A stretch of DNA of 64,000 nt. It comes from a virus. The stretch spans positions 74,482 through 138,481 of IMG/VR virus record IMGVR_UViG_3300036715_003254. One strand, written 5' to 3'. This document shows positions 20,054 to 28,742 of the stretch, piece after piece. The notes beneath the pieces were generated by a model. That model was not told the origin of the DNA. It saw only the letters and a program-made list of their open reading frames with translations, and ran no database searches. Each line of letters opens with the position of its first letter. Position 1 is the first letter of the stretch. Position numbers and translations under genes: made by a program.

Positions 20054-21034
20054 CTAGAACCTTAGTGTTACTTGAGCAGGAAGACCTTCTTCTATGTTTT
20101 CATTGATTAGTATTTTAATCTGTTCCGGTTTAAAATTTCCATTAACCAACATCTCATTAAAATCTTTGTATTCTATTTCTTTTGGCCACATAAAGGCTTT
20201 AAATCCTTCATCCACATATTTCCTATAAGACTGTTTCGCTTTCATATCGAAATTATAATTGTCGAGACAAATAACATAGTCTCTCTTGTACTTAGAAAGA
20301 ATTTCTGAAGAAGAGCCTAGAACAGCCATACTATTATCTTGACCTGTAGAAAGAGCGTCGAATATTGACTCACAAACAAAAACTTCCTTTGTTTTGTCAG
20401 TTTGAAATATATTCCAAGCCTTCGGCAGGCTTTCGTCAAATAATTTGGTAATAAATTGTTTTCCTACTAAACTCCTACCTTGAAACCCAAACCAAGTACC
20501 GTCTTCTCTTAAAAGAGGAAAAATGATAAAGTTGTCAAGATACATATCAAACACATTTAAATTTTTCGCTTGATATACTTGAATATTTCTTCGCTTTATT
20601 TCAGACAAGACTTTTCTTTTTTCAAGGTATTCTATCGCTTCACTATCAATTTCTTGAAATGGATTTTCAAAATCATCAATAACTTCTTCTTCAGGCTCTT
20701 TTTCTATTATAGGCGGCAAATCTTCAAAAACTAAATCATCAAGACTTTCTCCAGTCAATGATTTAAAACTGTTTTGTCTTAACTCATTTCTATAAGAGTC
20801 AAAAAATTCTGGACAATTTTCCTTGAAGAACTTATAAAAGCTTGAACTATAATCACAGTTAAAACAGTGTACATAGTCCTTTTTGTTGTTTTCTATAAAC
20901 CAAAATCTTCTTTTTCTTTTATTCTTCTTAGAATCGCCGCAAATAGGACATCTTATATTATATTTGTCACCAACTTTCTTAGCGTCTAGATAAGCGTATT
21001 TTATGAATTTTTCTGCTAATGGAGTCATAGTCAT
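20054..21034 (-). CDS. gp61: DNA primase (gp61-like)
   Basis: RCPICGDS..HCFNC zinc finger; FQGR; ESIFDALS TOPRIM; KDFNEM. Confidence 0.93.
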   Translation of the reverse strand: MTMTPLAEKFIKYAYLDAKKVGDKYNIRCPICGDSKKNKRKRRFWFIENNKKDYVHCFNCDYSSSFYKFFKENCPEFFDSYRNELRQNSFKSLTGESLDDLVFEDLPPIIEKEPEEEVIDDFENPFQEIDSEAIEYLEKRKVLSEIKRRNIQVYQAKNLNVFDMYLDNFIIFPLLREDGTWFGFQGRSLVGKQFITKLFDESLPKAWNIFQTDKTKEVFVCESIFDALSTGQDNSMAVLGSSSEILSKYKRDYVICLDNYNFDMKAKQSYRKYVDEGFKAFMWPKEIEYKDFNEMLVNGNFKPEQIKILINENIEEGLPAQVTLRF

Positions 21035-21099
21035 AAATCCTTTAAGAGGAATTATACCTAAAATAAGTTTAAAAGGAGAAAGGAGAGTTTAAACTCTCC

Positions 21100-22158
21100 T
21101 TAAAAATCGTCTAGAGTAGTATCCTCTTTTTCGACAGGTTTAACGTAGAATGTGCTCAAATTCTCGAACATTTCGTTCAAGTTATGGGCTAGGAAGTAAT
21201 CCATCATACCTTTTGAGTCGTAGTGTGCTTCTGCTTTAGAATATTCTTCGAGTATGGCTTTCTGAATATCTTCAGGAATATAATCAAAGTCTATGAGGAC
21301 TTTGTTCCTTTCAAAATTCGATTTACAAATTTCCGGAAGTTTCTCAAAGTTTTCTTCAAAATTTTCGAGAAACTTATTTACTCCTACTTCACCAAACATA
21401 GCTTTCTTATAGATAGGCTTGTCGAGAAATTCAGTTTGATATTTCTCAATCAACATACCTGAGATTTGAAGCTTAAAGAACTTGTCTACTTCGGTGACGA
21501 AAATATTTTCTCGTCTAAGAAAAGAAATGAAATCCTTATGGAATTCTGATTCGGCTTTTATACTAGGAACATTATCGCCAGAATCGCCAAGAAGAATGTG
21601 GAATAGTTTAAAATTCCTTACTTCTGGCTTAGTCATTTTAACGAATTCTTTCTTTATCGGATCGAAAAGACTTACATTATCGTATTCAAGCACTTGTTTA
21701 TAGTCTTTATCAGAAGACACGACTAGCACTTTCCTTTTCTTAGAAAGATTCTTAGCCAAAACTCCACAAACATCATCAGCTTCAGCTCTATCGACATAAA
21801 CAACCTTTACTGGAAAACTTGTTTTTAAAGCTTCCAGAACATCGTTTACTACAGCGAAAAATTCGTTGAAGTCTATATCAGAATTTTCTCTTCCGGCGGC
21901 TCTATGTGCTTTATATTCTTTATAAAAATCTTTTCGCCAATTATTTTTAGCGTCGCAAGCTATTACTATTTCGTCATTCCACTCGTTAAATTTGTTCGAG
22001 AAAATATATTTCAAGTTGTTGAACAAAAGATGTCTGAAGAAGTCTTCATAGTCTTTTGTTCTAAACTTTTTAGTAGTTTTATCGACTTTTAGTTTGAGTT
22101 GAAATATGGAAACATAAAGCAATCTATGAGCTAAATGGCTAAAGTCCATTAAGACCAT
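21100..22158 (-). CDS. rnh: RNase H / 5'-3' exonuclease
   Basis: WRKDFYKEYKAHR, EADD, SSDKDYKQ, GDSGDNVP. Confidence 0.93.
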   Translation of the reverse strand: MVLMDFSHLAHRLLYVSIFQLKLKVDKTTKKFRTKDYEDFFRHLLFNNLKYIFSNKFNEWNDEIVIACDAKNNWRKDFYKEYKAHRAAGRENSDIDFNEFFAVVNDVLEALKTSFPVKVVYVDRAEADDVCGVLAKNLSKKRKVLVVSSDKDYKQVLEYDNVSLFDPIKKEFVKMTKPEVRNFKLFHILLGDSGDNVPSIKAESEFHKDFISFLRRENIFVTEVDKFFKLQISGMLIEKYQTEFLDKPIYKKAMFGEVGVNKFLENFEENFEKLPEICKSNFERNKVLIDFDYIPEDIQKAILEEYSKAEAHYDSKGMMDYFLAHNLNEMFENLSTFYVKPVEKEDTTLDDF

Positions 22159-22162
22159 TATA

Positions 22163-22333
22163 TTATTGTGCCTTTCTTAGCTTTTCTATTTTCTCTTTAA
22201 ACTCATCTTCTATAAATGGAAGAAGTATAGCGAGGAGCTTCGCATTTTTTGCGTCGCTCTCAGGTCCATACATTTTTGCTATTTCAAATTCTGAAAGAAT
22301 TTTGTTATATTTTTCTAGTTTTTCTTTTGACAT
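22163..22333 (-). CDS. Small hypothetical protein (56 aa), not in ORF track
   Basis: MSKEKLEKYNKILSEF...KAQ*, fills the gap between gp32 and rnh. Confidence 0.6.
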   Translation of the reverse strand: MSKEKLEKYNKILSEFEIAKMYGPESDAKNAKLLAILLPFIEDEFKEKIEKLRKAQ

Positions 22334-22344
22334 TTTTCCGCCTT

Positions 22345-23271
22345 TTAACCTATTAGATCGTCAAGAAAATCTAAATCGTCATTGACGCTTTTTGTTTCCG
22401 GAGCTTCCTCGACTTTCTTTTTTGTAGGTTTTTCTATAGTAGCTTGTTTTTTAACTCCAATCTCTTTAGGTTTTTCATCTTCATCAAAAGGTACATCATT
22501 ATTTTTAATCTCAGCTCCCTTTACAGTTTTTTGACCTGTTTCAGCAAAAGTCAAAAGGGCTTTCAACTCATTATATGGTTTAAAGTGAGCTGGAGAAATA
22601 AACTCATCCAGTTTGTAACAATTTTTGTTTATAAATTCTACCGCAGCTTCAGTAGATTTGAAAACAGCACTTGCATCAAGAATTGTTGTATCATCATAAT
22701 TAAAGAAGTTATTAGCTTTCTTAATTTGAAGACTAATTGAAGATCCATTCGCTGTAGGATCGAAAAGTTGTTTTGGTTTTACGCCTACTTCTCTCATAGC
22801 TTCTGTTGGATTCATAGCTGCTATGAATTTGTCCATAAGTTTGGTGCCGAATTCCCAGAGGAACACTTTACCGTTGTTTTCCGGACAGCCTGGATCTTTT
22901 ACAACAAGTATGTTAGCTATATACTTGATTTTTCTTGAGTATAGTTTCGCTTTTTCTTGATTACCACTGTTCCATAGTTCTTGCCATTTTTCAGAAGCTG
23001 GACACGGAAGACCTATTGTTTCAGGACTGTCTTGAATGTAGTAAAAGTCTTTACCGTTTCTTGTAAATTTTATTGAGTGATGGAATATTTTGACAAAAGG
23101 TTTAGCGTCTGGACCTGCTGAGTCTGGTAGTAATCTAATTACAGCTGCTCCTGTACCACTTTCATCTTTAGAAAGCTTCCAAAACCTTGAGTCTTTGAAG
23201 TCTTTTTTCTCTCCTGGAAGAGCGTCTTTTTGTAGATTTTGTTGAAGTGTTTCCCACGAAAATTCAAACAT
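22345..23271 (-). CDS. gp32: Single-stranded DNA-binding protein
   Basis: DSRFWKL..D..G.GAAVIRLLP, ANILVVKDP..PENNGKVF, acidic tail; start MFEF at 23271. Confidence 0.95.
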   Translation of the reverse strand: MFEFSWETLQQNLQKDALPGEKKDFKDSRFWKLSKDESGTGAAVIRLLPDSAGPDAKPFVKIFHHSIKFTRNGKDFYYIQDSPETIGLPCPASEKWQELWNSGNQEKAKLYSRKIKYIANILVVKDPGCPENNGKVFLWEFGTKLMDKFIAAMNPTEAMREVGVKPKQLFDPTANGSSISLQIKKANNFFNYDDTTILDASAVFKSTEAAVEFINKNCYKLDEFISPAHFKPYNELKALLTFAETGQKTVKGAEIKNNDVPFDEDEKPKEIGVKKQATIEKPTKKKVEEAPETKSVNDDLDFLDDLIG

Positions 23272-23295
23272 TTTTAATTCCTTTTTAAACGATTT

Positions 23296-23449
23296 GTGAA
23301 CCGCTCCTTCGTAAAAGAAGAGCTTCCTAACTAACAACTTCCAACGAAGTTGAGCACGAAAGGCTTTGTGTTTATAGTCCACAAGGCTAGTTCCTAGCCC
23401 AAACGACTATGATTATATTATATAATCAGTCGATAGCAAAAACAGATAG
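23296..23449 (-). ncRNA. Stand-alone TnpB omega-RNA mini-element #1 in the gp32 leader
   Basis: Closely similar to the 3' end and right end of both tnpB copies, ends TTCAC; own promoter TTGCTA-16-TATAAT; preceded by TTTAT (23450-23454). Confidence 0.8.
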
Positions 23450-23488
23450 ATAAAAACGAACGCCAAATTCTTTAGACTGATTTATTTA

Positions 23489-24190
23489 TCAGTTTTGTTT
23501 TGGTTTCTCAGCTACCAGAACTTCAAAAGTTTCTAGAGTATTTGAAACAAATTTAAAAATCACTTTACCTGACGCATTTCTATGTATAGAAACTCTGTAT
23601 GTTCCTAGAGGAATTTTTTTAAAGTTATCATTGCTCAAAGAAAGCATAACATCTTCTTTCGACTCGCCGTCACATTTAATAGAAAAAGTATTTCCGAGAG
23701 TTTCTGAATCAAGAGAAATTGTTATTTCATCATCAGACGATGAGATTGTGATATTTTCTAGATCTTTAAGAACGCTTGACGCCTTTCTTAGTTTACCCAT
23801 ATCTTCGTCGCTAAGAGTAAACGAAATAATCGGTTCAATAGAATCAACCTTGTCAAATATACTAAAGTTTAGTCTATATTTGTCTAGTAGGTCTAGGTCT
23901 GATGTGTAATATGTGATTTGTGTTGACCTATCAGAAAGAATAAGTTTTGAATCTTCTTGTTTAATTTCCGGATCTTCAAGAAGTTTCACTACTGATAGAA
24001 ATTCGGAAAGTTTTCCGAGCAAACCGAATTCTTCAAACTCTTCAGAGTCGTATCTAGAAAGATCGATTTTGGCCATAATGGTTGAATCTATATCTTTAAT
24101 CCCGAGTATAGGATAAGAAACAACTAGGCTTGAAGAAATATCTTGTAATTTTGACAGGATTGTCAACGAGTTTTTGTTAAGCATTTTCAT
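23489..24190 (-). CDS. gp45: Sliding clamp
   Basis: Size, EFGL..LSEFLSVVKL and KIPLGTYRVSI motifs, replication context. Confidence 0.8.
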   Translation of the reverse strand: MKMLNKNSLTILSKLQDISSSLVVSYPILGIKDIDSTIMAKIDLSRYDSEEFEEFGLLGKLSEFLSVVKLLEDPEIKQEDSKLILSDRSTQITYYTSDLDLLDKYRLNFSIFDKVDSIEPIISFTLSDEDMGKLRKASSVLKDLENITISSSDDEITISLDSETLGNTFSIKCDGESKEDVMLSLSNDNFKKIPLGTYRVSIHRNASGKVIFKFVSNTLETFEVLVAEKPKQN

Positions 24191-24290
24191 CCTTCAAACG
24201 AAATTAAAGTTTTTCGGTCTTACGACAAAATGTATTTTGAAAGCCGAAAACTTTTAACTTCGGTTATTATAGCCGAGAAAAGTTTAACAA

Positions 24291-24794
24291 TTAATACCAA
24301 ACGAAGTATTTTCCTTTTGTAAGCTCTATATAACCGATGAGTTCTTCCTTCATATCAAGAAAGTCTTCTTTGTCTAAAACATAGATAGTCTTTTTGAAAA
24401 TCTTTTTCGCTTCTTCGTCTAGTGTAATGAACTCTTTTTTACCGACTTGAATTTTTGTTTTAAAGATTTTCTCTTTCAAAATTTTCATATCATCATCAGT
24501 CAATTCAGGAAAATCATTTTTGATTTTTGTGAAGTCAACAACGCTTGAGTAGTCTGTTTTTACTGAAGAGATTTTCTCTCTGAATTTTCTCGGCCATTTG
24601 ACACAGTGTGTATCTATAAAAAGAGTTTTCTTCATTCCTTTACCCTTAGAGACATCATAGATTCTTTTGAAATCTACATCTTCTTCTAGCTTATATTTTT
24701 TAGCTAGAACAGTAAAGGTAGCTAAATGAATTCCAAGCTTTTCGCTTAATTCTGATGTAGAAACAAAGTTTTTTCCTAAAGTGTATTGTGTCAT
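24291..24794 (-). CDS. Hypothetical, possible DNA-binding protein
   Basis: ELSEKLGIH HTH-like N-terminus. Confidence 0.5.
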   Translation of the reverse strand: MTQYTLGKNFVSTSELSEKLGIHLATFTVLAKKYKLEEDVDFKRIYDVSKGKGMKKTLFIDTHCVKWPRKFREKISSVKTDYSSVVDFTKIKNDFPELTDDDMKILKEKIFKTKIQVGKKEFITLDEEAKKIFKKTIYVLDKEDFLDMKEELIGYIELTKGKYFVWY

Positions 24795-25036
24795 ATTCTT
24801 CCTTCCTGTTTAAGTTGTAGGATTTTTATGATGTCATTCTTAGTTACATTCAAATCTTTTTCGAAAGACATTTCAAGTTTCCACCCGTATTTTGTTTGAG
24901 AGTATACATAGACAAAACGAGAATGGCGAACTATTTTTAATGTGGTATTATTCGCTGTAAAATAATCATCTTGTTTTTCATCATAACAGCCAGAAAATAG
25001 GAACAATACAATAATAAGAAAGAGTATCCTTTTCAT
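24791..25036 (-). CDS. Lipoprotein
   Basis: Lipobox FSGC. Confidence 0.65.
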   Translation of the reverse strand: MKRILFLIIVLFLFSGCYDEKQDDYFTANNTTLKIVRHSRFVYVYSQTKYGWKLEMSFEKDLNVTKNDIIKILQLKQEGRI

Positions 25037-25488
25037 TCGAATAGTCCTTCTACTCTTCTTCTAGACTCATCTTCAAGTTGTTTTTGAAGTTTTTCACATT
25101 TTTCTTTGTAGAATTTTAATTGATTCTTAGTAGTTTGTAGCTCAAAATCATTAGCAAGAAGTTCGCCTTTATGTTGTTTTTTGATTCTCTCTAAGTCGTA
25201 GAGAGCTTTTTCTACGCTTTCTATAACAGTTTGTCTTCCTTGATTTTTAAGTGAAAGAGATTTATTTTGAGAAGACAAAACTCTAACTTGTTCTTCAAGG
25301 TCTTTTATTCTTTTTTGAGTTTCAAAGTCCACACCAAATAGAGCGTCAATATCAACACCTTTTAGGCTTTCTGAATATTCGAGAATTTTATCTATAAAAA
25401 GGTCCGCATTTCTTTTTATATCAGCTTTTGAAGCTGAAAGTCCTTTAAGAGTTTTTAGGACTTTGTATGCTGTTTTTACATCGTTCAT
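25033..25488 (-). CDS. Coiled-coil hypothetical protein
   Basis: ORF with GGAG RBS and upstream TATAAT promoter. Confidence 0.6.
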   Translation of the reverse strand: MNDVKTAYKVLKTLKGLSASKADIKRNADLFIDKILEYSESLKGVDIDALFGVDFETQKRIKDLEEQVRVLSSQNKSLSLKNQGRQTVIESVEKALYDLERIKKQHKGELLANDFELQTTKNQLKFYKEKCEKLQKQLEDESRRRVEGLFE

Positions 25489-25552
25489 AACGAACTCCTA
25501 AAAAAGATAAAGAATTATACCTTGTCTTTTCTTTAAATAAGCTTAAAGAAAA

Positions 25553-25669
25553 TTATTTTTGATGCGTTTTGAAGTAAGCGGACGCCTCTTCGGAAGTTGA
25601 GAATTTTTTTCCTGACAAATTCAAAACATACGGAGAAGTATCACCAAAATAAGAAAGAGTCAATATAGA
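25553..25669 (-). pseudogene. 3' fragment of an 'EKYLG' family gene disrupted by tnpB insertion
   Basis: SILTLSYFGDTSPYVLNLSGKKFSTSEEASAYFKTHQK* aligns with the family C-terminus (SIRVLKRF...KFPSSAKAIAYYK). Confidence 0.75.
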
Positions 25670-25790
25670 GTGAACTGCCTACTCCTTAAAGGAGTCGGCT
25701 TCCTAACTAACAGCTTCCAGCGAAGCTGAAACACGAAAGGCTTTGCGTTTATATAAGTCCGCAAGGTTGGTTCCCAACCCAAACGACTTC
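25670..25790 (-). ncRNA. omega-RNA scaffold / right end of tnpB copy 1
   Basis: Hairpin series overlapping the tnpB 3' end, ending GGCAGTTCAC. Confidence 0.75.
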
Positions 25791-27112
25791 ATACCTCTAT
25801 ACAATATATGTACTGAAGCTTGATGGTCAGGATTAGTCTGATGACCACAAGCTGTACATATAAATTTGTCTTGTTTAGGTCTATTGTTCTTATCAATATT
25901 ACCACAGTTTAAACAAGTCATAGAAGTATAGGAAGGATCTACTTTTACAAACAATTTGCCATTAAGCGACTGCTTGTATTCAAGCATAGATATAAACTGA
26001 TAGAATGAAGCTCTTAAAATTGATTTATTTAAACCTGCTTTTTGTCTTACATTTTTTCCGTGCTCGACTTCATTTCCTTTAGCAGATTTAGTCATTTGCT
26101 TTAGTTTAAGGTCTTCAACTACTATCAAATCAAATTTGTTTGTTAATCTGGAGGAGATTTGATGATATAGATCCGTTCTTTTATTGATAATTCTTTTTTG
26201 TAGTTTATTTAATTGTTGTTGTGTTTTATTATAGTTTCTCCCTAGTTTGGTTTTTGATTTTTTGTTTTTTAGAATTCTTCTAGACTGCTTTCGCAAAAGA
26301 AGTTTGATTCTTTTGTTATTCAGCATTGCTTTACGATTAGCAGAACCGTTGTTTATTAGATGTCCTGATTCAACCGATACTAAGTTTGGTATCGATTCAA
26401 AGAGAAAATCTACATCGTTTGAAACTGCAAAGTTATAAACATTCATATCTATACCTATACAATTTTCTTCATTCAAATTGTCGATAGATACAGGTTCTAT
26501 TTCTTTTTCAAAAGAAATTCCTATGCTAGCGTAATAACCAGTCGCATCTCTAGATATAACAACAGAAGTTAACTTATATTCTTTTGGAAGTTCTCTATGA
26601 TATCTTAGTTTTATGTTTTGCTTCATCAATTTCAAAATAGCAGTTCTTTTATCTGTTTCTTTAATAGATACTGCTTGATTGTTCCACACAAATGATTGTC
26701 TTACATCTTTACTTGATTTAAACTTTGGAAATCCGATTGATAGCGCTTTTGCTTTTTCTTTTGGAGTTTTTGCGTTTTGTAAAGCTTTATTTCTTTCATT
26801 AACAACATTTTTTGAGAAAGCTCGTTTAGTCGCCTTAAGAAAATTTATTCTAGCTTGTTGAATAACAACGGAAGAAAAAGGAATATTTCTAAGTTTTAAA
26901 GCTCTTTTTATAACTCTGTCGTAAGACGAATCCTTCCTGTATTTTCTATCTGCTTTCTCTAGCTTTCTATTTCTTTCTTGTTCTTTTTGCCATAGATTAA
27001 GACAGATGTTGTAGGCTTGATTATAAACGAACATTTGATGGTCGAGAAGCTTCTTTTGTTCTTCTGTAGGATAGATCTGATATTTATAACCTAGATTTAC
27101 AGTTTTGTTCAT
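25703..27112 (-). CDS. tnpB: RNA-guided endonuclease TnpB (IS200/IS605 family), no tnpA
   Basis: KYQIYPTEEQ HTH, GIDMN (RuvC I), VVEDL (RuvC II), YTSMTCLNCG..CTACG zinc ribbon, NPDHQA (RuvC III). Confidence 0.95.
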   Translation of the reverse strand: MNKTVNLGYKYQIYPTEEQKKLLDHQMFVYNQAYNICLNLWQKEQERNRKLEKADRKYRKDSSYDRVIKRALKLRNIPFSSVVIQQARINFLKATKRAFSKNVVNERNKALQNAKTPKEKAKALSIGFPKFKSSKDVRQSFVWNNQAVSIKETDKRTAILKLMKQNIKLRYHRELPKEYKLTSVVISRDATGYYASIGISFEKEIEPVSIDNLNEENCIGIDMNVYNFAVSNDVDFLFESIPNLVSVESGHLINNGSANRKAMLNNKRIKLLLRKQSRRILKNKKSKTKLGRNYNKTQQQLNKLQKRIINKRTDLYHQISSRLTNKFDLIVVEDLKLKQMTKSAKGNEVEHGKNVRQKAGLNKSILRASFYQFISMLEYKQSLNGKLFVKVDPSYTSMTCLNCGNIDKNNRPKQDKFICTACGHQTNPDHQASVHILYRGMKSFGLGTNLADLYKRKAFRVSASLEAVS

Positions 27113-27254
27113 ACGAGATTAATATTGTTCCTTAATAAGATTAATTATTTATTTGTAATCGAATTTTGTTTGAAATAGGTTCACTAAAGAAAATTTTTAA
27201 TTTAGTTATTATACTATAAAAAAATTTAAATTAAACGAAAATAAAAGAAGACGA

Positions 27255-27480
27255 GATAACTCCACCATCACCTGTAGGACGGCGATATAAACACATTAAA
27301 TTAACATTTAACAATTTTCTGCTTTTGCTATCGACTAACTATAACAAATATGATATAATAATCATAGTCGTTTGGGCTGGGAACCAGCCTTGTGGACTAT
27401 AAACACAAAGCCTTTCGTGCTCAGCTTCATTAGAGAAGCTGTTAGTTAGGAAGTACCGCCGTTACGGCGGTACGGTTTAT
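27255..27480 (+). ncRNA. Stand-alone omega-RNA mini-element #2 (degenerate left end, promoter, scaffold)
   Basis: TGATATAAT extended -10 at 27351-27359, then AGTCGTTTGGGCTGGGAACCAGCC...GGAAGTACCGCCGTTACGGCGGTACGGTTTAT, homologous to the tnpB 3' ends. Confidence 0.8.
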
Positions 27481-27529
27481 ATTCAGAAGTGAGTTTAGAA
27501 ACGCCTAGATATTTTTCGATGTTTTTCAT
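27481..27529 (-). pseudogene. 5' fragment of an 'EKYLG' family gene
   Basis: MKNIEKYLGVSKLTSE with intact family promoter/RBS at 27530-27590. Confidence 0.85.
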
Positions 27530-27698
27530 TTTGAAATCCTTTTTTAATTTCAAAAATTATAGCTAAACTTTTCTTTAAGAAAGCTTAATTCCCGAAAGAT
27601 TTAAATATTTCGGTGTAATCTTTAAGCAAATTTTTAACCGATTTATTGTGGAAGAAAACAATCCGTTATCAATAGAAAGGTCGTCAGAGGAATGACGA

Positions 27699-28601
27699 CT
27701 ATTTTTCGTAATTTTCGATAATCCATTCAAGAGATTTGTATTTGAAACCTGAAGGAACAGTGTCAAAATATCCAGTATAAATTTTGTTAATTATTTCGCC
27801 TTCAGCGATCTCGCTATAAATCGGATCTTTTACAGAGACGCCTTTAGCTTCGAAATGCGCTCTTAACATCTTATAGAGTCTTTCTATCGTCACAATATTT
27901 TCCGGAGCAATAATATCGTATGTTTGCCCCCAATACTCGTGTCGGAAATCATCTTCGACATCTTTAATAGCATATTCGATGCCGAAGATGAAATCTTCAA
28001 CAGAAGTGAACGATCTAAGAGGAGAGAAATTTTGAGACGAAATATGAATTTCACAAACATCATTATTCATCATCTTGTTGTAGAAGTTTGCAAATACGCC
28101 GCTTTCTGGATTTTGATATTTTCCAACTATATTGAAGAGTCTGAACACTATCGCAGGACTGTAAAATGTGTTAAAAATAACAGACTCGGTATATAGTTTA
28201 TTTAGAGCGTAAAAATCTCTTTCGCTAGTAGAAAGAGGTCTTGTATCGTCAAAATGAAGCCCGTCGTAAACTTCAGATGTGCTCGTGAATATGACAGGAA
28301 CTTTAAGTTCTCTTAACTCTGGAATAAGAATTTCTATTAAAAGAGCATTGTTTTTTATGAATGATTCTGGATTATTTTGAATGTATTTCACGCCGACAGA
28401 ACTTGCGAGATTAATAACCATCTCAGCGCCGAATGTTTTGAGATCTATCGGTTTTGTTAAATCATATTTAAAAAATCTGTCTTTATGAGATTCTAAAATA
28501 GGCTCTTCTCTATCAATTAGAACCAACTCGTGTTTGTCTTCTAACGCTTCAACAAGATGTGTTCCTAAAAATCCGCTACTTCCTAAAATCATTATTCGCA
28601 T
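27699..28601 (-). CDS. NAD-dependent epimerase/dehydratase
   Basis: GSSGFLG Rossmann motif, STSEVY, YxxxK, RLFNIVG. Confidence 0.9.
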   Translation of the reverse strand: MRIMILGSSGFLGTHLVEALEDKHELVLIDREEPILESHKDRFFKYDLTKPIDLKTFGAEMVINLASSVGVKYIQNNPESFIKNNALLIEILIPELRELKVPVIFTSTSEVYDGLHFDDTRPLSTSERDFYALNKLYTESVIFNTFYSPAIVFRLFNIVGKYQNPESGVFANFYNKMMNNDVCEIHISSQNFSPLRSFTSVEDFIFGIEYAIKDVEDDFRHEYWGQTYDIIAPENIVTIERLYKMLRAHFEAKGVSVKDPIYSEIAEGEIINKIYTGYFDTVPSGFKYKSLEWIIENYEK

Positions 28602-28742
28602 ATAATTTCCTTTTATTCTTTTGATTAATAGATATTTATACAAATATTTCTATAACGAATATTATTACTGATTTTAGTTTAAAACTACTTTAATTGAATT
28701 CTGTTACACAAAAATTCTAGATTTCAATCCGTATTCTTCAAT

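Noticed and set aside
23272-23382. N-terminal extension of gp32 in the ORF track
   Set aside because: It is the tnpB-derived scaffold (DYKHKAFR matches the TnpB C-terminus); the SD-supported start is 23271.
25703-27112. Nuclease-dead TnpB (TldR-like regulator)
   Set aside because: All three RuvC acidic residues are present in both copies, although the third motif (DHQASVHI) is atypical.
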